Virus record (IMG/VR): IMGVR_UViG_3300025011_000026 | Length of the DNA stretch: 64,000 nt | Source: a virus | Taxonomy: Duplodnaviria; Heunggongvirae; Uroviricota; Caudoviricetes | Reading direction: 5' to 3' (one strand) | Part shown: one piece after another, positions 18,242 through 28,689 of the stretch | Numbering within the stretch: position 1 is the stretch's first letter | How the letters are laid out: each line of letters opens with the position of its first letter | Position numbers and translations under genes: made by a program | Notes under the pieces: model-generated | Seen by the model: only the letters and a program-made list of their open reading frames with translations | Database searches by the model: none | Told to the model about the DNA's origin: nothing

Positions 18242-19332
18242 AACCAATAGTAAAAAAATTAATAGAAGAAGGTAATATAGTTTATAGTTTTAGTAAATTA
18301 GGTTCATTTAATCAATGTGAATATGGATATTATAATACATATATACTTAAAAATAGAGGCATTGATAATATTTATAGTGTTTGCGGAAGCAATATTCATA
18401 ATGATTTGGAGCAAATATATAATGGTAAAGAAGTAGATTTAACTAAATCATTAAATAATACACTTTCAGAATTAGACATGTTGGGAGTTAATTTTGCAAA
18501 CGATAAAATTAGAAACGCTTGGGTGGCTGACATGGAACATTTCACTAAAAACTTTAAAGCAAAAGAAGGATCATATATTACTGAGGAAGGGTTTATATTT
18601 GAAATAATGCCTAGAGTTTATATACAAGGGTATATTGATATGGTGGAGCATCATGATGAAAATAATATTTCAATTATTGATTTCAAAACAAGCAGTAAAT
18701 TTGATAAAAAGAAATTAATTGGAGCAGGAAGACAGTTGGTGTTATATGGAATAGCAAAACAAGATAAATATACGATTAATAAAATAGCATGGTATATGCT
18801 TAAATATCTTTATGTTTGTTCTAAATTGAAAAACGGCAATATTAATAAGAAAATGTGTAATAGAGGGAAATGGGTTAAGGAAATAGGGACTGATAAAAAT
18901 ATAAAAGATAAAAAAACTAATACATATAAATTAACCAAAAGTGCTTTAAAAAGAGAATTAGAATCTTTAAAATATAAAGATTTTGAGATCGAAATATTAA
19001 TTAACGAAGCAATAAATAATAATAGTTTATTAAATATGCCAAAAGAAATTCAAGATAAGTATTGGTTAGAGGATTGTATTCTTGAATATGAGTTTAATGA
19101 AGAAACAAAGAGCGAATTTATGGAATTTGTGAAATCTACACATGAGAAAATTATTAAGAAAGATGTTGAGAATGAAAACGATTGGAAACCTTTAGATATT
19201 GAGAATGATAACTTTTTCTGTAGTAATCTTTGTGGGTTACGTCAATCATGTCGATATTTATTAGATTTTTATGAGAGATTAAAGTTAGGTGTTACTAAGA
19301 AAGACTCTGAGTGGGAAGATTTATTTGGATAA
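18226..19332 (+). CDS. PD-(D/E)XK nuclease, Cas4/RecB-like with C-terminal Cys cluster
   Basis: YIQGYIDMVEHH...IIDFKTS (D...E-x-K core); C-terminal CSNLCGLRQSC Cys cluster. Confidence 0.55.
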   Translation: MARELEPIVKKLIEEGNIVYSFSKLGSFNQCEYGYYNTYILKNRGIDNIYSVCGSNIHNDLEQIYNGKEVDLTKSLNNTLSELDMLGVNFANDKIRNAWVADMEHFTKNFKAKEGSYITEEGFIFEIMPRVYIQGYIDMVEHHDENNISIIDFKTSSKFDKKKLIGAGRQLVLYGIAKQDKYTINKIAWYMLKYLYVCSKLKNGNINKKMCNRGKWVKEIGTDKNIKDKKTNTYKLTKSALKRELESLKYKDFEIEILINEAINNNSLLNMPKEIQDKYWLEDCILEYEFNEETKSEFMEFVKSTHEKIIKKDVENENDWKPLDIENDNFFCSNLCGLRQSCRYLLDFYERLKLGVTKKDSEWEDLFG

Positions 19333-19346
19333 GAAGGAGGACTATA

Positions 19347-20318
19347 ATGAACTGTAGTATTTGTAATATTGATGAAAAAGATTCACCAAAATTTTATTAT
19401 AGTGGAATTTATGGGAATAATCTATGCAATAAGCATTATCTTCAAATGAGAAGGCATGGCAAAATTACTGATGATACTCCAAATATAAAATTAAATTTAT
19501 GTGAAGTTTGTGGTCATACTGAAGGGTTAAAAAGATGTGGGTTAGACGGAGACTTCAAAGGTAAAACATTGTGTGGAAAACATTATTCTCAAATATTTGA
19601 AAAAGGAATAATATTTGATGAATTACCAACTCATAAAGATATATTAAGGGTTTGCGAAATTTGTGGGGAAGATAAATCTACTGACGTTATTTTTTGTGCT
19701 GAAACAAATCAAATGCTCTGTAGAAAACATTATAATCATATCCGTACATATGGCAATATATTGGAGAGAAGTATTCATGATAAAAATACATATGTTTTGA
19801 AAGAGGATGAATTTGGAGAATATGCAGAGATAATATTAAGGAATATAGAACACAATGAAATAGCAAGAACGACAATTGACATTGAAGAATTGGAAAGGGT
19901 ATTACAAAGAGTGTGGGGTCATAGCACATGGGGATATGCGACCAGTAAAACTCAAGAAAGTTTTACGATGTTACAAAATTTTATTTTAAATCACGTAGGA
20001 TTAATTGATCATATTGATAGAAATACATTAAATAATAGGAAATATAATTTAATGCCCTCGAATAAATCATTAAATGCATTAAATTGTGGATTAAGAAATA
20101 ACAACATAAGTGGTGTTACTGGAGTTTCTTTTAGCAAAACTGCCAACTCATGGAGATCGTATATAAATTGGGAGGGCAAAAGATTAGAATTAGGAAACAG
20201 AAAAAGCAAAGATGATGCGATTATATTAAGACTATCTAAAGAAAATGAGTTATTAGGAATATTATCACCTCAAAAACAATTATTTGAAGAATATGGGATA
20301 GAGGTGAGAATTATATGA
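19347..20318 (+). CDS. free-standing HNH homing endonuclease with three N-terminal Cys repeats and C-terminal AP2 domain
   Basis: three repeats C..C...LC.KHY...R.HG; HNH_3-like IDHIDRNTLNNRKYNLMPSN; AP2-like VTGVSFSKTANSWRSYINWEGKRLELG; ATG 19347 after AAGGAGG. Confidence 0.6.
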   Translation: MNCSICNIDEKDSPKFYYSGIYGNNLCNKHYLQMRRHGKITDDTPNIKLNLCEVCGHTEGLKRCGLDGDFKGKTLCGKHYSQIFEKGIIFDELPTHKDILRVCEICGEDKSTDVIFCAETNQMLCRKHYNHIRTYGNILERSIHDKNTYVLKEDEFGEYAEIILRNIEHNEIARTTIDIEELERVLQRVWGHSTWGYATSKTQESFTMLQNFILNHVGLIDHIDRNTLNNRKYNLMPSNKSLNALNCGLRNNNISGVTGVSFSKTANSWRSYINWEGKRLELGNRKSKDDAIILRLSKENELLGILSPQKQLFEEYGIEVRII

Positions 20319-23300
20319 TTAAATTTCAAAATTTTCACCGCCATTCCAGCGATAGTAACATCTTCACAGCCGATAGTGCAATGGTTGTAGAGGACTATGC
20401 TAAAAGAGCAGTTGAATTAGGTCATACTATTCTATCTTCTTGTGAGCATGGTTTTCAGGGCCGATATTATGAAGTTTATGAAATGGCAAAAAAATATAAT
20501 CTCAAATTCATTTTTGGAACAGAAGCATATTGGGTTAAAGATAGATTTGAGAAAGACAGAACTAATGGGCATATTTGCATATTTGCTAAATCAGAGATTG
20601 GCAGAAAATCCATTAATAGAGTTCTATCAGAAGCAAACATTGATGGGTATTACTATAAACCAAGAGTGGACATTGAATTATTATTATCTCTTCCTCAATC
20701 GGAAGTATTTATTAGTACAGCATGTATGGCTTTTTGGAAATATGATGATATAGAAGATATTATATGGAAATTGCATAAACATTTTGGAGATAATTTTTTT
20801 CTTGAAGTACAATATCATCATACAGATATTCAACGTGAAATTAACAAAAGAATCCTTAATCTAGGTTTAAATATTGTAATGGGTTGTGATTCTCATTATA
20901 TATATCCAGACCAAGCAAAAGGCAGAGATGATGTTTTAGAAGCAAGAGGGATAAGATATGAAGGAGAGGAGGGGTGGTTCTTAGACTACCCCGATGGGGA
21001 TACTGCATATCAGAGATTTGTAGATCAAGGGATATTAAATCATGAACAAATAATGAGAGCAATCAATAATACTAATATTTTTCTTGAATTTGAAGATATA
21101 GAATTTGATAAAAATATTAAATTGCCATCACTTTACCCCAATTTATCTTTAGAAGAAAAGAATAAGATATATACAACATTATTAACTGAAAAGTGGAAAG
21201 AGTTCAGTAAAGATATTGATCCAAGTAAACATGAATTATATCTTCAAGAAATTCAAAAAGAAGTTAATATTGTTAGGAATACTGGCATGGTAGATTATTT
21301 CTTAATGGATTATGAGATTGTAAAACAAGCAATTGCAGATGGAGGAATTATTACTAACAGTGGCCGAGGTTCAGGCGTGTCCTTTATTACTAATACATTA
21401 TTAGGATTTAGTAAAGTAGACAGAATTTCATCACCTGTTAAATTATATCCTGAGAGATTTATGAGTGAAACAAGAATATTACAAACTAAAAGTTTACCTG
21501 ATTTGGATTTGAATTGTGGTACTCCTGAAATATTTGTTCAAGCACAAGATAAAATTCTTGGTGAAGGTCATGCATATCCTATGATTGCATATGGAAAATT
21601 TAAAATTAAATCAGCATTTAAGTTATATGCAAAATCGCAAAGTATGCCATTTGATACTGCAAATGAAATCACTAATCAAATTGAAAAATATGAGAGAGAT
21701 TTAAAATATGCAGATGAAGATGATAAAGATTTAATTAATGTTTATGATTATGTAGAAGAAAAACATCATGAAATACTTAAAGGTTCAGAAAAATACATGG
21801 GCATTATTGCTTCTAAATCTGCTCATCCATGTGGATATCTTTTATATCAAGGCAATATTAAAGAAGATATAGGATTAATCAAATGTAAGAGTGAATCAAC
21901 AAAAAAAGAAGTAGTTACCACTGTAATTGATGGTTATGTGGCAGAGAAATATAAGTTCTTAAAAAATGACTTACTTAAAGTTGATGTTGTATTATTGATT
22001 GATAAGGTTTATAAAAGAATTGGAATTAAACCTCATACAGTGAATGAATTATTAACTATTATTAAAAATGATTCAGAGACATGGGGTATATATGCTAAAG
22101 GATTGACTATTGGTGTTAATCAAGTAGAAAAACCATCTACGACACAAAAAGCAATGAGGTACAAAGCTAGTAATATTTCAGAATTGACCGCACTAATTGC
22201 TGCCATTCGTCCTGGGTTTAAATCAATGTATCATACATTTGAAACTAGAAAACCATTTAACTATAATACTCCAAGTTTTGATAAATTAATTCAAACTGAA
22301 GAAATGCCATTTTCTTTTGTATTATATCAGGAGCAAACAATGGCAACATTGCAATATGCAGGATTCCCTATGGATGAGAGTTACGGCATATTAAAAGCTA
22401 TCAGTAAGAAAAAAGCAGAAATTATTATTCCTTTAAAGGAGAGATTTTTAGATGGATTTAGTAAAAAACTAGTATTAGATGAGAATATTACGTTAGAGTT
22501 AGCATTAGAGAAAAGTGAGGATATATGGCGAATTATAGCGGATTCTGTCAATTATTCGTTTAATGCGTCACATGCTTTAAGTTATGCCATTGATTCAGCT
22601 TATTGTGCATATTTAAAAGCACATTACCCTTATGAATTTTACGAAGTTATGTTACAGTCTTATTCAGATAAAGGCAATAAGGATAAAGTTGCATTATTTA
22701 AAAAAGAAATGATAGAGGGGTTTGGTATATCCGAAGGAGAATATACGTTTGGATTAGATAATACTAAATTCTTAGCAGATAAAGAAAATAAAACTATTTA
22801 TCCAGAGATGCTATCAATTAAATTCTTAAATAAAGAAATGGCTCATACTTTATTGAAATTATCAAAGAAAAAATATGATAGTTTTTATGAATTATTACGA
22901 AACATTAAATCAACTAAGGTTAATTCAAGACAATTAAATATTTTAATTAAATTAGGTTATTTTAGAGATTATGCTGATATCAAAAAAATACAAATATTTA
23001 ATGATTACTATGATTTATTAGGAGATTCTAAACAAATATCTAAAGAAAAAGCAATATTGTCTGAATTACCAATAGAATTAATTGAAAAATATTCAAGATC
23101 AACAGATAAAACTTATGTAGAATTAGATGTTGACAATATTTTATTGGGGTTATGGGATAATATACCTAATGAGTCATTAAATATTAGAGAACAAATACAA
23201 AATGAAATTGAATTATTAGGATATGCAAAATCAATAAATCCAAATATCTCTCCTGACTATGGAATTGTAGTTGAACTCAACACTAAATATTCTCCAATTC

Positions 23301-23527
23301 CTACAATTTATCGAATCAATGATGGAAGTATTGAAACTATTAAAACTGATACAAGAAAGTATAAAGCAAATCCATTTCAGCAATTTGATATGATTAAAAC
23401 AATCACTAAGGAACCGAGAAACAAAAAGAAATATATGGGTAAGAATGAGAAAGGTAAAGGGATATATGAAACATTAGAAGAGAAAGAAGACATATTAACC
23501 CAGTGGACGATAGTGACATTTGATTAA
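20315..23527 (+). CDS. dnaE: DNA polymerase III alpha subunit (DnaE-type, PHP domain)
   Basis: 1070 aa; PHP N-terminus FHRHSSDS; catalytic PDxD motif LPDLDLNCG; GRGSGVSF fingers region. Confidence 0.8.
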   Translation: MIKFQNFHRHSSDSNIFTADSAMVVEDYAKRAVELGHTILSSCEHGFQGRYYEVYEMAKKYNLKFIFGTEAYWVKDRFEKDRTNGHICIFAKSEIGRKSINRVLSEANIDGYYYKPRVDIELLLSLPQSEVFISTACMAFWKYDDIEDIIWKLHKHFGDNFFLEVQYHHTDIQREINKRILNLGLNIVMGCDSHYIYPDQAKGRDDVLEARGIRYEGEEGWFLDYPDGDTAYQRFVDQGILNHEQIMRAINNTNIFLEFEDIEFDKNIKLPSLYPNLSLEEKNKIYTTLLTEKWKEFSKDIDPSKHELYLQEIQKEVNIVRNTGMVDYFLMDYEIVKQAIADGGIITNSGRGSGVSFITNTLLGFSKVDRISSPVKLYPERFMSETRILQTKSLPDLDLNCGTPEIFVQAQDKILGEGHAYPMIAYGKFKIKSAFKLYAKSQSMPFDTANEITNQIEKYERDLKYADEDDKDLINVYDYVEEKHHEILKGSEKYMGIIASKSAHPCGYLLYQGNIKEDIGLIKCKSESTKKEVVTTVIDGYVAEKYKFLKNDLLKVDVVLLIDKVYKRIGIKPHTVNELLTIIKNDSETWGIYAKGLTIGVNQVEKPSTTQKAMRYKASNISELTALIAAIRPGFKSMYHTFETRKPFNYNTPSFDKLIQTEEMPFSFVLYQEQTMATLQYAGFPMDESYGILKAISKKKAEIIIPLKERFLDGFSKKLVLDENITLELALEKSEDIWRIIADSVNYSFNASHALSYAIDSAYCAYLKAHYPYEFYEVMLQSYSDKGNKDKVALFKKEMIEGFGISEGEYTFGLDNTKFLADKENKTIYPEMLSIKFLNKEMAHTLLKLSKKKYDSFYELLRNIKSTKVNSRQLNILIKLGYFRDYADIKKIQIFNDYYDLLGDSKQISKEKAILSELPIELIEKYSRSTDKTYVELDVDNILLGLWDNIPNESLNIREQIQNEIELLGYAKSINPNISPDYGIVVELNTKYSPIPTIYRINDGSIETIKTDTRKYKANPFQQFDMIKTITKEPRNKKKYMGKNEKGKGIYETLEEKEDILTQWTIVTFD

Positions 23528-23548
23528 CAAATTATAAAATAAATATAT

Positions 23549-23577
23549 TTGACTTATTATTCCCAATATGTTATTAT
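23549..23577 (+). promoter_or_regulatory. promoter TTGACT-N17-TGtTATTAT; near-duplicate of promoter at 3155
   Basis: shares about 50 nt of upstream sequence (CAAATTATAAAATAAATA...TTGACTTA) with 3133..3183. Confidence 0.5.
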
Positions 23578-23603
23578 TAATACATAGAGAGGAGGTAATA
23601 CTC

Positions 23604-23855
23604 ATGGAAGAGCAATATAGCAAAGTTAAAGAAATTAATGATATATGGTTAGAATTAACCAAGTTTTGCGACAGCATGAATTGTCATGATGGTATGGTTG
23701 ACGCTAATGATTTACTTGACAATGCTGAATATGTTAAAAATTTATTAGAAAAATACTTGAAGTATAATAAATTACTTATATCCCATAAATATCCAACCCT
23801 ACAACCCTACTCTCACAACACTTTCAAAATCATAAAATCTCATAATTTCCAATAA
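23604..23855 (+). CDS. hypothetical protein
   Basis: ATG 23604 after GAGAGGAGG RBS. Confidence 0.4.
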   Translation: MEEQYSKVKEINDIWLELTKFCDSMNCHDGMVDANDLLDNAEYVKNLLEKYLKYNKLLISHKYPTLQPYSHNTFKIIKSHNFQ

Positions 23856-23899
23856 AATGTTCCATTTCTGGGATATTAATTTAAGGAGGTGAAAAATAA

Positions 23900-24049
23900 A
23901 TGCAAACTCAAAAAATCATCAATCGAATCGATGGAATTTGGACAGAATGCTCTTCTCAAGAGTACAATTCCAATGACAAATCAAACTTCATGTTCATTTC
24001 CAGCACATTGACCAATACCACTACATACCTGAAAAAGATTTCCCAATAA
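23900..24049 (+). CDS. small hypothetical protein (49 aa)
   Basis: strong RBS AAGGAGGTG 8 nt upstream; below ORF-track cutoff. Confidence 0.35.
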   Translation: MQTQKIINRIDGIWTECSSQEYNSNDKSNFMFISSTLTNTTTYLKKISQ

Positions 24050-24138
24050 ATCATAAAATAAATGGCAAGGATTTAATCTCACAGATTATTCATTCAACTA
24101 ATTAAATTCTTGCTACACAAAAAGGAGTAATAATACAT

Positions 24139-24345
24139 ATGAAAGATAATCCTAAAATTCTACATGGCAGAGATGGCGACTGGATTCAATGCACACAGGA
24201 AGAATATGAAAATAATTACACTGATAAAGTTAATTATGCATTTATTGTGGATCAAGATTCTAACAAAGGCTCTTACTATAAAAAATTAATACTTGAGTCC
24301 TTAGAAAATCAATTTGAAATTAAAAATGAAAGGATGGAAGATTAG
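24139..24345 (+). CDS. hypothetical protein (68 aa)
   Basis: RBS AAAGGAG. Confidence 0.45.
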   Translation: MKDNPKILHGRDGDWIQCTQEEYENNYTDKVNYAFIVDQDSNKGSYYKKLILESLENQFEIKNERMED

Positions 24346-24348
24346 TCA

Positions 24349-24561
24349 GTGTTCGATTTCTGTTTATGTGAATATTCAGATTGCCCACAATCAATGATAT
24401 GTAGTAGATTTTTGTATAAAAATAGTTCTAATCCAGTTTATATTAAATTTAAGAATATTTGCAGTCTAGATGATGACTTTCAATGGTTTTATGGCGATAG
24501 GAGTAAGATGGTTAAGGTGGAATTGATTACTGAAATTGAAAACAAAGAAGGTGATACATAA
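24349..24561 (+). CDS. hypothetical Cys-containing protein (70 aa)
   Basis: coupled to previous gene. Confidence 0.45.
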   Translation: MFDFCLCEYSDCPQSMICSRFLYKNSSNPVYIKFKNICSLDDDFQWFYGDRSKMVKVELITEIENKEGDT

Positions 24562-24732
24562 TAAGAGAAATTTATATAGTAGGACAAATTATTCTATTGC
24601 TTAATAATTATTATAAACTTAATTTGAAAGAATTAGATCAGTTGAGAATATTGTCTAATTTGCTAAGTTCGAGTCTTGGAGAATATCTTTATGATAAAAG
24701 AATTAATGGTTATTTGGAAGGAAGTAAAAATA

Positions 24733-24933
24733 ATGAAAACAGTTGATGAATATAACCAAGAAAGACAAAGACAATTTCAAATAGAAAATCCACAATGGAG
24801 AAATTGTAATATTGCTTGCAGCAAATGTGGTAATGAGTTGTTAATGGATATGTGGATTATACTTTGTTCAGATCCGCCACAAAGAAACGTTAAATGTAAT
24901 AAATGCAGTTATTATGGTAGTGTGTTGGCATAA
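24733..24933 (+). CDS. small zinc-ribbon protein
   Basis: CSKCGN...CNKCSY; ATG after GGAAGGAAG. Confidence 0.45.
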   Translation: MKTVDEYNQERQRQFQIENPQWRNCNIACSKCGNELLMDMWIILCSDPPQRNVKCNKCSYYGSVLA

Positions 24934-24993
24934 ATGAAGATTTTCATTGTATTTACAAATAGATAAAAATAAAATATATTGGAGGATACATAA

Positions 24994-27237
24994 TTGACAG
25001 AGATAGATAATAATGTTCAGAAATTGTTGGAAAAGAGATATTTTTTAAGAGATAGTGAAAAAAATTTAATTGAAAATTCATGGTCTGATATAGCTATGAG
25101 GGTTGCAACAAATATTGCTCAAGCTGAAAATGAAAAGGATATTCCTTATTACATAGAAAAATTCTATACAATGATCAACAATATGGACTTTATTCCTTCA
25201 AGTCCTTGCATCTTTAATGCAGGAACTTCTTCACAGTCTTTAAGTTCTTGTTTTATTGTTGACATTGAAGACAATATTGAAGGAATATTTCAAACAGTAG
25301 CAGAATGTGCTAAGATTTTTCAAATGTCTGGTGGAGCAGGATTTTCAATGAGAAAGATTCGTCCTAATGGGGCAAGTTGTAAGTCTTCTGGATCTAATGC
25401 TTCGGGTGTAGTGTCATTTATGTTTATCTTCAATGAAGTAGTTAATAGAGTTAAGCAAGGAAATAAGAGAAATGGTGCAATTAAAATTGATCTACCATGT
25501 GATCATCCAGAAATTTTTTCATTTGTACACTCAAAAGATGATACTAAAGAACTAACCAATATGAATATTTCAGTCAGTATTACAAGAGAATTTATTGAGG
25601 CAGTAGAAAAAAATAGTGATTGGGAATTAAAATTTAATGGATTGATATATGAAACCGTCAAAGCAATCGACCTATGGAACGAAATTATGCAATGTGCTCA
25701 TAAAACAGGAGAGCCAGGTCTAAGTTATCAGACAAATATGGACGAAGGAAATATGAATCCGCATGTTAATTTGGAAGTATATGGTAATCCTTGCCATGAG
25801 TTTGTTAATGTTCCATATTCTAGTTGTAATCTAGCTTCTGTACACCTTAGAAAAATAGTTAAAAATAGCATCATTGATTGGAACAAGTTAAAAGAAAACA
25901 TTAAATTTACATTTAGGTTCTTAGATAATATGATCACAATGAATAAACTTCCTTTGAAAAAGATTGAAGAAATGACTAAAGCACTTAGACCTATTGGACT
26001 TGGAACAATGGGATTTGCCCAGTTGCTTTATGAGTTGAAAATTCCTTATGATTCTCAACAATGTTTGGATTTTGTAGACGAATTATATGGATTTATAGAA
26101 CGTACATGTTTAGAATATAATATTGAACTAGCCAAAGAAAGAGGAGTTTATCCTGCTTGGAAAGGTAGCAAATGGGAAGAAAAAGATATTGAGGTACGTT
26201 GTTCGAGTATGACAAGCATTGCTCCAAATGGTTCTATTGCTTTTATTGCTAAAACAACTGGTGGAGTTGAACCACAATGGTCTTTAGGAACAATTCGCAC
26301 AGATAACGATAATGATAAATATTATACTTTTGATTCTGTTTTTGAAAAATATTTAAAGGATAATAATTTATATACCGAAGAAATTTTAGACAGAATAACC
26401 AATAATAATGGTTCAATTCAAGGATTAGACGATATTTTTACAAAAGAAATCCAACGTATATTTGTTACTGCAAATGATATTTCTCCTGAATGGCATGTAA
26501 AAGTATTGGCACAAATTCAAAAGTATGTGAGTTTAAGTATTTCTAAGACTGTTAATATGCCTAGTAATGCTACACTAGAAGATGTTGGTAATGTATACAT
26601 AATGGCAGCAAAAAGTGGAATTAAAGGAATTACCGTCTATCGAGATGGTTGTAGAGAAAATCAAATATTAAGTACAGGAAACAATAATACAACAGAAGAA
26701 ATTATTGAAATCATAGATCGAGGACATGTAATAAAAGCCCCATCAGTAGCAGATAGCAGAACTTATAAATTTGTTAGTGGTTGTGGCAATGCTTATGTTA
26801 CAGTTACATGGGATGAAAAAGGCAATATCAATCAAACATTTACCAACAAAGGAAGTAGCGGAACATGTAAAAGCAATCAAGAAGCAGTTTCAAGATTAAT
26901 ATCGCTATCATTGCGTGGCGGTATTCCAATCGAGAAAATTATTGATCAATTAGAAAGCGTAGATATTTGTTCTTCATATACAAACGCTAGAGTTAAAGGA
27001 AAACCAGTTAGCAAAGGTGCTAGTTGTCCTCATGCCATTGCTAATATTCTTAAGCAAGCAATAAAAGACGTTAAGAGTAAATTTGATAATATTGACATAA
27101 AACAAGAGCGCAAAACTGAGTTGGAAGGCACAGAAATTATTAATGATGCTAATTCTTGTCCTGAATGTAAAGAACCACTAATTAACGAGGGTTCATGTAT
27201 ATGCTGTAAATCATGCGGTTATAGCAAGTGCTCATAA
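24994..27237 (+). CDS. nrdJ: class II (adenosylcobalamin-dependent, NrdJ-like) ribonucleotide reductase with C-terminal zinc ribbon
   Basis: active-site SSCFIV, NPCHEF and VYRDGCRENQ motifs; C-terminal CPECKEP...CICCKSCG; no small-subunit gene nearby. Confidence 0.75.
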   Translation: MTEIDNNVQKLLEKRYFLRDSEKNLIENSWSDIAMRVATNIAQAENEKDIPYYIEKFYTMINNMDFIPSSPCIFNAGTSSQSLSSCFIVDIEDNIEGIFQTVAECAKIFQMSGGAGFSMRKIRPNGASCKSSGSNASGVVSFMFIFNEVVNRVKQGNKRNGAIKIDLPCDHPEIFSFVHSKDDTKELTNMNISVSITREFIEAVEKNSDWELKFNGLIYETVKAIDLWNEIMQCAHKTGEPGLSYQTNMDEGNMNPHVNLEVYGNPCHEFVNVPYSSCNLASVHLRKIVKNSIIDWNKLKENIKFTFRFLDNMITMNKLPLKKIEEMTKALRPIGLGTMGFAQLLYELKIPYDSQQCLDFVDELYGFIERTCLEYNIELAKERGVYPAWKGSKWEEKDIEVRCSSMTSIAPNGSIAFIAKTTGGVEPQWSLGTIRTDNDNDKYYTFDSVFEKYLKDNNLYTEEILDRITNNNGSIQGLDDIFTKEIQRIFVTANDISPEWHVKVLAQIQKYVSLSISKTVNMPSNATLEDVGNVYIMAAKSGIKGITVYRDGCRENQILSTGNNNTTEEIIEIIDRGHVIKAPSVADSRTYKFVSGCGNAYVTVTWDEKGNINQTFTNKGSSGTCKSNQEAVSRLISLSLRGGIPIEKIIDQLESVDICSSYTNARVKGKPVSKGASCPHAIANILKQAIKDVKSKFDNIDIKQERKTELEGTEIINDANSCPECKEPLINEGSCICCKSCGYSKCS

Positions 27238-27262
27238 AAATAAATGAAAAGAGGAAATTAAA

Positions 27263-27862
27263 ATGAATAAAGAGCAACTTAAGGCTAAATATGGTGATGT
27301 AGAAGTATTTGTAGTAAGTAACGAATTAACAAAGGACTTTGATACATTTATGCAATTAGACAAAAATAATAAGTATAGTGAAATTTTTAATGAACTTGGT
27401 AAATTTATTCCTAGATATGACGCAGAATTAAATTTCGAACATAGACAAATAATTCCGTATTGTTTAGTTAGATGCGGAGGAAATTATTTTATCACTCGCA
27501 GACTTGAAGGTGACTCAAGACTAACAGGTAAATATTCTTTAGGAATAGGTGGTCATTTAGAAAGATTAGATAATTCTAATAATTACATTACATCAGGAAT
27601 GTTGAGAGAATTAGATGAAGAAATTGATATACAATCAAGTATTAAATCTATTGACTTGATTGGTATGATTTGCTCCAACAATACAGAAGTGGACTCAGTT
27701 CATCTCGGTTTGGTATACGTAGTAGAAGTTGCAGGATTTTCAGTTAAAGTTAAAGAGACAGAAACACTGACTGGTGATTGGATCTCTACGGAAGCATTAT
27801 TAGAATTTGATGGAGAACTGGAATCATGGTCAAAAATTGCTGTAGATGAATTTATTAAGTAA
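27263..27862 (+). CDS. Nudix hydrolase
   Basis: Nudix box GIGGHLERLDNSNNYITSGMLRELDEEIDI (G-x5-E-x7-REL-x-EE-x-GI pattern). Confidence 0.7.
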   Translation: MNKEQLKAKYGDVEVFVVSNELTKDFDTFMQLDKNNKYSEIFNELGKFIPRYDAELNFEHRQIIPYCLVRCGGNYFITRRLEGDSRLTGKYSLGIGGHLERLDNSNNYITSGMLRELDEEIDIQSSIKSIDLIGMICSNNTEVDSVHLGLVYVVEVAGFSVKVKETETLTGDWISTEALLEFDGELESWSKIAVDEFIK

Positions 27863-27873
27863 ATATTATAAAT

Positions 27874-27924
27874 AGACACTATATGTAGTATAAAATTAAT
27901 ATAAAACCACTACATATAGTGTCT
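27874..27924. terminator. perfect 16-bp inverted repeat AGACACTATATGTAGT/ACTACATATAGTGTCT
   Basis: read directly; 19-nt loop; sits between Nudix gene and next small-ORF block. Confidence 0.45.
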
Positions 27925-27975
27925 AAAACCACACCAAATAAACATTTCCAAGGATTATTGAAAGGAGATACAAAT

Positions 27976-28110
27976 ATGCAATTTTTATTAGAAGTCTACA
28001 TAGACGTTGACACTATAGAAGATGCAGAAGAAATAGCACATGATTTACATGAGATATTGGGCGATAATGGGATAACCAATAGTGTTAGTGTAATTGAAGA
28101 GGAGGAATAA
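27976..28110 (+). CDS. small acidic protein
   Basis: ATG 27976 after AAAGGAGA. Confidence 0.4.
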   Translation: MQFLLEVYIDVDTIEDAEEIAHDLHEILGDNGITNSVSVIEEEE

Positions 28111-28118
28111 GTTTTAAA

Positions 28119-28316
28119 ATGAAAAGCGAATATAGAAAAAGATTAGAATACAATTCTGAAGATAATAAAGTAGAACTATCTGAAGCAAGAGATATAATGG
28201 ATGATATTGAAATGCAAGTAAATGACATTAAAGATAGACTTGAAGAATTTGCAAATCTAACTGAGATAAGTAAAATACATGAAATTTTAGAAGATTTAAG
28301 TAATAAATTATATTGA
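28119..28316 (+). CDS. hypothetical protein (65 aa)
   Basis: coupled array. Confidence 0.45.
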   Translation: MKSEYRKRLEYNSEDNKVELSEARDIMDDIEMQVNDIKDRLEEFANLTEISKIHEILEDLSNKLY

Positions 28317-28331
28317 AAGGAGAGAATAGCA

Positions 28332-28562
28332 ATGAAAACATTAAATACACAAAAATCAGAAGAACTATGGAATGAAATTAAATCAATAGAATATCTTGTT
28401 TCTAAACTAGGTGGTTGTGTCCAAAATCCAGACTTTGTAAACGAAGAAAATGCAAGAGAAAATTATAATTATTTTATAAATGATTATTATAAAATTATGG
28501 ATAAATTAGTTGAGTTAAAAAATAATATACTTATATTACATGATGAATTAATTAATTTTTAA
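28332..28562 (+). CDS. hypothetical protein (76 aa)
   Basis: RBS AAAGGAGAG. Confidence 0.45.
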   Translation: MKTLNTQKSEELWNEIKSIEYLVSKLGGCVQNPDFVNEENARENYNYFINDYYKIMDKLVELKNNILILHDELINF

Positions 28563-28689
28563 TAAAAATATCCAATATCCATAAATATCCACCTCTACAA
28601 TCCTTATACCATAAGGATCTTAAAATCCTAAAACCCTATAAAAATTGAATTTGGTTGGATTTATTAAAAAGAAAGAAGGAACACAATTT

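Noticed and set aside
3133-23577. Repeated about 50-bp element, checked as a possible CRISPR array or mobile-element terminal repeat
   Set aside because: Only two copies, 20 kb apart, each with promoter hexamers. No regular repeat-spacer structure.
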